This document shows positions 45,759 through 51,988 of a DNA stretch of 56,936 nucleotides, piece after piece. The notes under the pieces were generated by a model. That model was not told the origin of the DNA, did not search any database, and was given only the letters and a program-made list of their open reading frames with translations. The stretch comes from an uncultured Candidatus Saccharibacteria bacterium (GTDB lineage Bacteria > Patescibacteriota > Minisyncoccia > Phycocordibacterales > GWA1-40-21): the NCBI GenBank assembly GCA_964567825.1, contig CAZMNX010000003.1:1-56936 (forward strand). Direction: 5' to 3'. Each line of letters begins with the position of its first letter. Positions within the stretch are counted from its first letter, which is position 1. The translations under genes and the position numbers were made by a program.

Positions 45759-47075
45759 TTATTTTAAGGCTTCGGCCAGAGTATCTTCATTCACTGTTTT
45801 TTCCTCGCCACTTTTAAGATTTTTGAGTTTGAATTCGCCAGTCTTCACTTCATTTTCACCAATACAAATTATAAATGGTATTTTTTGTTTATCAGCGCTT
45901 TTGATTTGTTCGCCAACTTTTTTGGTACCCAAATCAACAATTACGTTTATATTTTTCTCGCGTAATTTTTGAGCTACATCATTGGCATAGTCTTGATATT
46001 CTGGACCTAAGGTACAAATATACAATTTTGTTTTAGACTTATATTCTGGCAGTAGGCCATAAGTGATCAGGACATCTTTGGTTGTAACATCACCCATACC
46101 AAAACCAAAAGCGGGGACTTTATCGCCACCAAAAATTGAAAGTAAATCATCATAACGACCACCACCAAATACAGCCCGGCGATTTTCTGGATTAGTGTCG
46201 TATATCTCAAAAACAATACCGGTATAATAGTCAAAACCACGCATTAGGGTTTGATCAAAAACGGTGTTAGTCACGCCTAATTTTTCTAATTTAGCCATTA
46301 AGTCTTTAATTTCCTCAATGTAGGCAATTATTTCTTGGCTTTTAGGTAATTTCGCCGAAAATTCTTCTAGGTTTCTGGAATTTAATAAGACTAAAAGTTC
46401 GGCACATTTTTCTGGCACAATTTCTTTTATTGATAGCTCAAAATCACCATTACTGATTTTATCTTTTTTGTCGATCAGTTTAGAAATTTTTTGAGTTGAT
46501 TCTGGTGATAGATCCATTAAATCATTAAAGATATAATTCATCACCTTTCGGCTATTTAGACGAATTTCAAAATTATTATCTTTTAAACCAAAAGATTTCA
46601 TTAGATTTGAAGCCAGAGAGATTATTTCAACCTCGGCCTCAATATTAGAAACACCGAAAATGTCGACATTCAATTGCCAATGCTCTCGTAAACGTCCTTT
46701 TTGGGGTTTTTCATATCGAAACAAGTTTGGTATTGAATACCAACGAAGCGGGAAGGACAGTTCGCGTTTTCTAGCAGCGACCATTCGGGCAACGGTTGGA
46801 GTCATTTCTGGTCTTAGGGTAACTGAGCGGTCACCACGATCGGTAAAGGTATAGGTTTGTTCATTCACAATTTCATCACCAGATTTGGCTCGATATAGAT
46901 CGGCTGGTTCCAAAACTGAAGCGCCGTATTCCTGATAACCGAAACTTTCGGCGGTTTGGCGCATTTTTTCGAAAATATAGTTTTGAGCACTTTGGTCTTC
47001 AGGATAAAAATCACGGACGCCTTTATAAGCTTCTGTCTCTAGCTTTATTCCTTTATTTACTCTATCATCTGACAT
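45759..47075 (-). CDS. hisS: histidyl-tRNA synthetase
   Basis: YKGVRDFYPED, class II motifs, and a C-terminal anticodon-binding domain. Confidence 0.92.
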   Translation of the reverse strand: MSDDRVNKGIKLETEAYKGVRDFYPEDQSAQNYIFEKMRQTAESFGYQEYGASVLEPADLYRAKSGDEIVNEQTYTFTDRGDRSVTLRPEMTPTVARMVAARKRELSFPLRWYSIPNLFRYEKPQKGRLREHWQLNVDIFGVSNIEAEVEIISLASNLMKSFGLKDNNFEIRLNSRKVMNYIFNDLMDLSPESTQKISKLIDKKDKISNGDFELSIKEIVPEKCAELLVLLNSRNLEEFSAKLPKSQEIIAYIEEIKDLMAKLEKLGVTNTVFDQTLMRGFDYYTGIVFEIYDTNPENRRAVFGGGRYDDLLSIFGGDKVPAFGFGMGDVTTKDVLITYGLLPEYKSKTKLYICTLGPEYQDYANDVAQKLREKNINVIVDLGTKKVGEQIKSADKQKIPFIICIGENEVKTGEFKLKNLKSGEEKTVNEDTLAEALK

Positions 47076-47082
47076 AATCGTA

Positions 47083-47088
47083 ATTGTA
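47083..47088 (-). promoter_or_regulatory. -10 box TACAAT, 7 nt before ATG (leaderless-type)
   Basis: The reverse strand reads TACAAT, tacgatt, then ATG (47075). It lies inside a 21-nt divergent gap. Confidence 0.4.
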
Positions 47089-47096
47089 ACGTAAAA

Positions 47097-47837
47097 ATGC
47101 CAAAAACGAAAGTCTTAAAATTATATAAGATAGTAGGTGAAACGCCACTCGAATGTCTTAGTCGGTTTCGTAAAGCCAATTCAGAATATAAGCATGAGAA
47201 AATGACTTATGCTGGACGTCTCGATCCAATGGCCGAAGGGGTGCTTTTGGTGCTGGTTGGGGAAGAATGTAAGAATAAAGATAAGTATTTAGCTTTTGAT
47301 AAAGAATATGAAATGGATGTTTTGTTTGGTTTCGCGACTGATACTTATGATCTGCTTGGTTTGGTTAAAAAACAATCGACCAGAATATTCTCTCCGTTTA
47401 ACGGAGTACCTAATCACTCCGAGAAAATTCTGGTCGATTTTTTTGTTAAAAAATTTAAACAAAAGTACCCACCCTATTCTTCTCGTTATTTTGCTAAGGC
47501 AAGAAGTGGAAAATTAGTCAACGATGAAATTTTAAGTAAGGAAGTAGAAATTTACAGCATTAAACTTTTGAAAAATAAAAATATTTCTAAAAAGTCTTTA
47601 CATAACTATATTATTAAATCAGTAAATAAGGTGAAGGGGGATTTTCGTCAAAAGAAAATTTTGGCTAAATGGAAGTTGATATTGGACAAGAGTAAGCTGA
47701 AAAAGTTTCCAGTTATATCGCTTAAAATAAAGTGTTCTAGTGGCACCTATATGCGCTCCTTAGCCTATAATATTGGAAACGAGGTTGGGGTGCCCTCATC
47801 TGTTTTACGGCTTAAAAGAACGAGAATTTATCAATAA
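47097..47837 (+). CDS. truB: tRNA pseudouridine(55) synthase
   Basis: YAGRLDPMAEGVLLVLVGE (catalytic Asp), YPPYSS, and CSSGTYMRSL. Confidence 0.85.
   Translation: MPKTKVLKLYKIVGETPLECLSRFRKANSEYKHEKMTYAGRLDPMAEGVLLVLVGEECKNKDKYLAFDKEYEMDVLFGFATDTYDLLGLVKKQSTRIFSPFNGVPNHSEKILVDFFVKKFKQKYPPYSSRYFAKARSGKLVNDEILSKEVEIYSIKLLKNKNISKKSLHNYIIKSVNKVKGDFRQKKILAKWKLILDKSKLKKFPVISLKIKCSSGTYMRSLAYNIGNEVGVPSSVLRLKRTRIYQ
47375..47438 (+). repeat. palindromic in-frame repeat element, copy B (inside truB)
   Basis: ATCGACCAGAATattCTCTCCGtTTAACGGAGTACCTAATCaCTCCGAGaaaATTCTGGTCGAT. It has 12-bp perfect terminal inverted repeats and the same core as the dnaE copy. Confidence 0.75.
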
Positions 47838-47849
47838 AATAGGGTCATT

Positions 47850-47858
47850 TTATCCACT
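47850..47858 (+). promoter_or_regulatory. DnaA-box-like motif TTATCCACT (8/9), 11 nt upstream of the RRM-gene -35
   Basis: Its placement matches that of the perfect box at the csp promoter. Confidence 0.35.
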
Positions 47859-47869
47859 TTTAGCTTACC

Positions 47870-47898
47870 TTGAGTTTGGGTCATTACTGTGCTAAACT
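47870..47898 (+). promoter_or_regulatory. promoter TTGAGT-17-TAAACT with TGn extension
   Basis: -35 at 47870-47875, TGc at 47890-47892, and -10 at 47893-47898. The leader to the ATG at 47968 is about 65 nt. Confidence 0.45.
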
Positions 47899-47967
47899 CT
47901 TTTTGTCGTAGATGTTAGTGTTAGGTCGCTTCTATAGATAAATTTAATCAAAAATATTTTCAAATAA

Positions 47968-48288
47968 ATGGCAAAGAAATTATACGTCGGAAACTTGTCT
48001 TACAACACTACCGATGCCTCTCTAAAGGCCGCTTTTGCTCCTTTGGGCGAAGTTGAATCAGCGAATGTTATTACTGATAAGATGACCGGACGTTCTCGCG
48101 GTTTTGGTTTCGTGAACATGGTAAATGATGATGAAGCTCAAAAGGCTATCGATACTATGAACGGAGCAGATCTAGAAGGACGAAAGCTTACCGTTAACGA
48201 GGCAAAACCTCTCTCTGAGAGACCTCCAAGACGAAATTTTGATAACCGCGGTGGCGGTGATCGAATGGGTGGTGGTTCAAGATACTAG
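47968..48288 (+). CDS. RRM-type RNA-binding protein with a Gly/Arg-rich tail
   Basis: RNP-2 KLYVGNL and RNP-1 RGFGFVNM. Confidence 0.9.
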   Translation: MAKKLYVGNLSYNTTDASLKAAFAPLGEVESANVITDKMTGRSRGFGFVNMVNDDEAQKAIDTMNGADLEGRKLTVNEAKPLSERPPRRNFDNRGGGDRMGGGSRY

Positions 48289-48350
48289 TACTCTTGTCCT
48301 GATGCTTTCCTAAGCAGAAGGGCGAATATCAAAAATTCACTAAAACAAAA

Positions 48351-48382
48351 AAGCAGGCTCGATCTTTCGGGCTTGCTTTTTT
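48351..48382 (+). terminator. intrinsic terminator of the RRM-protein gene
   Basis: AAGCAGGCT...GGGCTTGCTT stem (with G-U pairs) followed by TTTTTT. Confidence 0.5.
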
Positions 48383-48400
48383 GCTGTATTATGGTAGTAT
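48373..48400 (+). promoter_or_regulatory. candidate promoter TTGCTT-16-TGgTAGTAT (island 5)
   Basis: The -35 overlaps the terminator 3' arm. The extended -10 is at 48392-48400. Confidence 0.35.
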
Positions 48401-48458
48401 TTTTTTGGAAGTTCACTGAAGTTTTGTGTTGGTTAAAAGGAATACAAGAAAGAATCCC

Positions 48459-49028
48459 ATGATCACAGCTGGTGTTTGGGTGATGACAAAGCCACTCGTG
48501 ACCGCCCACCTCGATAATAGCCGGGGAAAGCCCAATCCGATGCACTATCGGTTGGCCGGGAAGGCGATGACCCATGAAATTGTCGTCAACAACATTGGGG
48601 AAGACTTCAATGTGTCGACGCGTGGGCCAGCCAAGATTGGCGCATTTGGGCTCGAGAAATACGGTCTGGATCTGGCCGGCGTTCGGCAGGTGATCCTGAA
48701 GCATCGTGGCCCGCCACTGTATCAGGCTGAGCATGAAGTGATGAGAGAGATGCCGGCCGCGGAGCTGAGGAGTGTCCATCATTTCGGGATGTCTCGGCTG
48801 AAGCATCCGGGGATGAAAGGGCGGCGCTGTCGGGGGGTGAAGGCGGTCTGTCTGAGCTCGCTGGTGAGGTGTCAGCTGAGCCGGACCAGGTCGGTCTGGG
48901 TACACCCCGTTCTGCACATCTTCATGGATGAGGTCAGCGGCGAACTCGAAAACCACCACGAAGTAGATCCGAACATGGTTCCGGGGGCGCTCATGTCACC
49001 CGAGGACATTGTTCTGTTCCGTATGTGA
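48459..49028 (+). CDS. hypothetical protein (high-GC island 5); strand and frame uncertain
   Basis: This is the plus-strand ORF bounded by an upstream promoter candidate and a downstream terminator. The N-terminal two thirds look protein-like. The C-terminal third is R/C/H-rich and odd, and an alternative frame in that part also stays open. The SD is weak. Confidence 0.35.
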   Translation: MITAGVWVMTKPLVTAHLDNSRGKPNPMHYRLAGKAMTHEIVVNNIGEDFNVSTRGPAKIGAFGLEKYGLDLAGVRQVILKHRGPPLYQAEHEVMREMPAAELRSVHHFGMSRLKHPGMKGRRCRGVKAVCLSSLVRCQLSRTRSVWVHPVLHIFMDEVSGELENHHEVDPNMVPGALMSPEDIVLFRM

Positions 49029-49048
49029 TTTAGGAGGACACATACGGC

Positions 49049-49082
49049 AAAGGCCGCGCACTTTCGGGTGTCGCGGCCTTTC
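49049..49082. terminator. GC-rich hairpin terminator closing island 5 (convergent with typA)
   Basis: AAGGCCGCGcAC-tttcgg-GTgtCGCGGCCTT followed by T. Confidence 0.55.
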
Positions 49083-49101
49083 CAATTTAAAATTATTTTT
49101 T

Positions 49102-50883
49102 CTATCTCAGGGCCTTAGCGCGATCATTCTTAGTCAAATATTTTTTTCGTAAACGAACGGAGGTGGGGGTGACTTCTAAATAATCATCATGACCCATAAT
49201 TTCCAAACCTTTTTCAATATCTAGTTTTTGGGGTGGAACTAGGAAGATCGATTCATCGGAACCAGAAGCGCGCATGTTGGTTAATTGTTTACCCTTGGTT
49301 GGATTAACATCAAGATCATCACCCTTGGTGACATTTCCAATAATCATTCCCTCATAAACTTCAACACCTGGTTCGATATAAAGTACGCCACGCTCCTGAA
49401 GATTCCAGAGAGCAAAGGCCAAACATTTTCCAGCCATCATCGAAACCATCGCGCCAAATTCTTGACGCTGAATTTCACCAGCATAAGGTTTGAAACCAAT
49501 AAAGCGGCTACATAAAATTCCTTCACCGCGGGTATCAATAACAAACATTCCTTTAAAGCCTAGTAAGCCACGAGTGGGAATTTCGAAAATCATTCGAACT
49601 TGGCCATCCTTAGTTTTCATATCTTGCATTAAGCCACGGCGTTTACCAAGTTTTTCAATCACCACTCCCGAAACAGCCTCTGGTACATCGATTGTCACTT
49701 CTTCATACGGTTCACTTTTTACACCATCGATATCCTTCACAATTGCTTGAGGCTGAGAGACCTGTAATTCAAAACCCTCACGGCGCATATTTTCAATTAA
49801 AATCGAAACATGTAATTCGCCACGACCAAAAACTTTCATATTATCACCGGAAAAGTCTAATTTAAGACCAACATTAATTTCCAATTCTTTTTCTAGTCGT
49901 TCACGAATCTGGCGACCAGTCACAAATTTTCCTTCTCGGCCAGCAAAGGGGGAATCGTTCACTAAAAAATTCAAGGAAATAGTTGGCTCGTCGATATTGA
50001 TCGAAGGAAGGGCTTCGTGGGTTTCGTCTTCACAAATTGTTTCACCGATATAAGCGTCAGTAAGACCGGCAAACATGACAATATCACCCGCCACGGCTTC
50101 GGTAATTTCCTTTCGGGCAATACCCTCAAAAGTAAAAAGTTTAGTAATTTTAAAAGCTCGACTTTCGCCGGAAGGAGTTTTAGCAAAAATTCTTTGATTG
50201 GCCTTTATTTTTCCATTATAAATTCTGGCGATCGCCAAGCGGCCCATGAAATTATCATAACCTAAGTTAAAGATCTGAGCTGTTAAATGAGAGTTAACTT
50301 GTTCATCAGTGGCGGCGGGTGGAACTTTTTCTAAAATTAAATCAAGTAGGGGTGTTAGATCCTTTTGTTCATCACCCAAATTTTTCATCGCCACGCCTTT
50401 TCGGCCAATAGCGTAAATAGTCGGGAAGTCCAATTGTTCATTGTTGGCACCTAATTCCATGAATAATTCTAAGACTTCTTCGTGAGCCTGTTCTGGTCGC
50501 GCCGCACTTTTATCAATTTTATTTATTACTACAATTGGCTTCAAACCAAGTTCAAGAGATTTTTTCAAAACGAAGCGAGTTTGAGGCATCGGACCCTCTT
50601 GAGCATCCACCACCAAAAGCACAGTATCAATAGAACGCAGTACTCGTTCAACTTCAGAACCAAAGTCGGCATGCCCAGGGGTGTCCACAATATTAATTTT
50701 AGTTCCCTTATAGGAAATTGAGGTGTTTTTAGCGTAAATAGTAATACCGCGCTCTTGCTCGAGTTTGTTTGAGTCCATCGAGACCCCTTCTTCGGCCGCA
50801 CCGGTTTGCTTCATAATAGCGTCGGTTAGGGTAGTTTTGCCATGGTCCACATGGGCGATGATTGCAATGTTTCGAATTTCCAT
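49102..50883 (-). CDS. typA: translational GTPase TypA/BipA
   Basis: [19 protein letters not shown], and an EF-G-like domain order without domain IV. I chose the ATG at 50883, not the ORF-track start at 50940. Confidence 0.92.
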   Translation of the reverse strand: MEIRNIAIIAHVDHGKTTLTDAIMKQTGAAEEGVSMDSNKLEQERGITIYAKNTSISYKGTKINIVDTPGHADFGSEVERVLRSIDTVLLVVDAQEGPMPQTRFVLKKSLELGLKPIVVINKIDKSAARPEQAHEEVLELFMELGANNEQLDFPTIYAIGRKGVAMKNLGDEQKDLTPLLDLILEKVPPAATDEQVNSHLTAQIFNLGYDNFMGRLAIARIYNGKIKANQRIFAKTPSGESRAFKITKLFTFEGIARKEITEAVAGDIVMFAGLTDAYIGETICEDETHEALPSINIDEPTISLNFLVNDSPFAGREGKFVTGRQIRERLEKELEINVGLKLDFSGDNMKVFGRGELHVSILIENMRREGFELQVSQPQAIVKDIDGVKSEPYEEVTIDVPEAVSGVVIEKLGKRRGLMQDMKTKDGQVRMIFEIPTRGLLGFKGMFVIDTRGEGILCSRFIGFKPYAGEIQRQEFGAMVSMMAGKCLAFALWNLQERGVLYIEPGVEVYEGMIIGNVTKGDDLDVNPTKGKQLTNMRASGSDESIFLVPPQKLDIEKGLEIMGHDDYLEVTPTSVRLRKKYLTKNDRAKALR

Positions 50884-50892
50884 AAGTTTTAA

Positions 50893-50921
50893 AATATACA
50901 TTAAAATAAGGCTTTTTGCAA
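50893..50921 (-). promoter_or_regulatory. promoter TTGCAA-17-TATATT, 9 nt before the typA ATG (leaderless-type)
   Basis: The reverse strand reads TTGCAAaaagccttattttaatgTATATTttaaaacttATG. Confidence 0.5.
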
Positions 50922-50925
50922 GGGT

Positions 50926-50954
50926 TTGACTTTTAGTCATATTAAGTAGAAGAT
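50926..50954 (+). promoter_or_regulatory. weak candidate promoter TTGACT-17-GAAGAT (island 6)
   Basis: Good -35 but a poor -10. GGAAGGG lies 6 nt before the ATG at 51003. Confidence 0.3.
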
Positions 50955-51002
50955 AAAATTAGGAAGTGGTTCTTTGGCTTTTTAAGCGCGGAAGGGAACC
51001 CT

Positions 51003-51335
51003 ATGGCAGATAACCCGATTGAGTATTTGACCGGGGATCGTGATTTGGCCATCGTTGTGGACGAACGAAAGCTGTATGGAATTTACTCCATGTTCAGCCT
51101 CGTCCAGGTTGTAAATTATCGATGGACACGATACGAAAGACCTAACGAGGATATCGTTATAGGCTACATTGGCCGAACCAGGGAGCTCATATCGATTAGC
51201 GGGCTCTTGCGGATTTTGGGTCGATCGACTGGTCCGGAAACTGTTGCCGCCTGCTCGACGGTGTCCGTCGGCGGGGTCACAACTTATTGGGGCTACGTGC
51301 ACAATATGAAAATGCGGATTGTTATGTACAAATGA
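51003..51335 (+). CDS. small soluble hypothetical protein (high-GC island 6)
   Basis: SD GGAAGGG. The 110-aa sequence has normal protein-like composition, and a terminator follows. No family recognised. Confidence 0.5.
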   Translation: MADNPIEYLTGDRDLAIVVDERKLYGIYSMFSLVQVVNYRWTRYERPNEDIVIGYIGRTRELISISGLLRILGRSTGPETVAACSTVSVGGVTTYWGYVHNMKMRIVMYK

Positions 51336-51358
51336 GGAAGGGTAAAAAGAAAGGAGGT

Positions 51359-51395
51359 GGGCGTTGCTGAATGGCAGCGCTCTATTTCTTTTTTA
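51359..51395 (+). terminator. hairpin terminator closing island 6
   Basis: GGGCGTTGC-tgaatg-GCAGCGCTC followed by TATTTCTTTTTT. It overlaps the last Lys codons of the convergent repeat-protein gene. Confidence 0.45.
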
Positions 51396-51954
51396 GTAAT
51401 TCTTTAACATCACCATTTAAACCAGTGGCATCACCTTCGAGCCCAGTGACGTCACCAAAAATATTTGTGGCATCGCCTTTAATATTTGTAACAAAACCAA
51501 AAATATTGCTGACAAAACCAACCAAACCCGTGACATTGCCAGCGAGGCGGCTTACATCACCAGATAGATCACTAACATCGCCGATAATTTTTGTGGTATC
51601 ACCAGAAATTTTGCTGACGTTACCTCTAATATGAGTAACATCGCCAGCGATATTCGAAACATTACCTACGATTCCACTAATATCACCGGCAATTGGTGAA
51701 ATTAAGCCGCGCAAGTTTGAAGTATCGCCAATGATGTCGGTTATATCGCCACTAATGTTGGTAACCTCGCCCGAAACACCATCTATTTGCCCAGAAATTT
51801 TTGAAGCATCACCGCGAATTTTATGTAAATTTAAATTACCTTTAATTTTTGAAACATCACCACGCAAATCGGCAAAGTCTCCGAAAATATTTGGATGTAA
51901 ACCAGTAACATTTTGAGTATTTAATTGCTTGGGAATCGGGGCTTCTTTTAACAT
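51382..51954 (-). CDS. heptad-repeat protein, 23 x G-[DN]-[VIA]-[ST]-x-[IL]-x
   Basis: 190 aa. Residues 25-183 are consecutive 7-residue units (GDVSKIK, GDASKIS, GEVTNIS, GDITDII and so on) with one 2-residue insertion. There is no signal peptide, and the tail is KELLKKK. Confidence 0.7.
   Translation of the reverse strand: MLKEAPIPKQLNTQNVTGLHPNIFGDFADLRGDVSKIKGNLNLHKIRGDASKISGQIDGVSGEVTNISGDITDIIGDTSNLRGLISPIAGDISGIVGNVSNIAGDVTHIRGNVSKISGDTTKIIGDVSDLSGDVSRLAGNVTGLVGFVSNIFGFVTNIKGDATNIFGDVTGLEGDATGLNGDVKELLKKK
51406..51882 (-). repeat. imperfect 21-bp tandem periodicity encoding the heptad repeats
   Basis: Seen in the translation and in recurring GGnGAyrTnwCn...AT units. Antisense ORFs show a mirrored SPxxxVT periodicity. 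Confidence 0.7.
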
Positions 51955-51972
51955 GGCGATATTATAGCACTA

Positions 51973-51981
51973 TGTTATAAT
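51973..51981 (+). promoter_or_regulatory. extended -10 TGTTATAAT, 7 nt before ATG (leaderless-type)
   Basis: TGn + TATAAT, tgtagcc, then the ATG at 51989. Confidence 0.5.
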
Positions 51982-51988
51982 TGTAGCC

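Noticed and set aside
48285-48959. 224-aa minus-strand ORF in island 5.
   Set aside because: It starts at a GTG without an SD, runs through the RRM-gene terminator and overlaps that gene's stop codon. Its composition is P/H/Q-rich. It cannot be excluded completely because the plus-strand call is itself weak.
10608-50936. Shared 11-mer TTGACTTTTAG in the island 2 and island 6 promoter regions, considered as a possible common insertion signature.
   Set aside because: Matches of 11-mers between two sites are expected hundreds of times by chance in 57 kb, and no extended similarity surrounds this one.
50982-51302. 106-aa minus-strand ORF in island 6.
   Set aside because: It is antisense to an ORF that has a good SD and a terminator. 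It has no start context of its own.
3631-51395. The idea that the high-GC islands are integron cassettes, IS/MITE insertions or prophage remnants.
   Set aside because: They form no array. I saw no attC-like GTTRRRY cores, no integrase or transposase, no terminal inverted or direct repeats at the island edges, and no phage genes. The mechanism remains unknown.
3631-51395. The idea that the GC-rich islands are large structured non-coding RNAs, as GC-rich patches in AT-rich genomes often are.
   Set aside because: Third-codon positions are G/C-enriched in the called frames. Recognisable protein features are present (cupin motifs, a signal peptide, TM helices, SD plus ATG). Island 5 remains the least certain.
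51371-51916. Plus-strand ORFs (87 aa and 61 aa) with an SPxxxVT-like periodicity.
   Set aside because: They are the antisense shadow of the 21-bp repeat in the heptad-repeat gene. They are fragmented and have no start signals.
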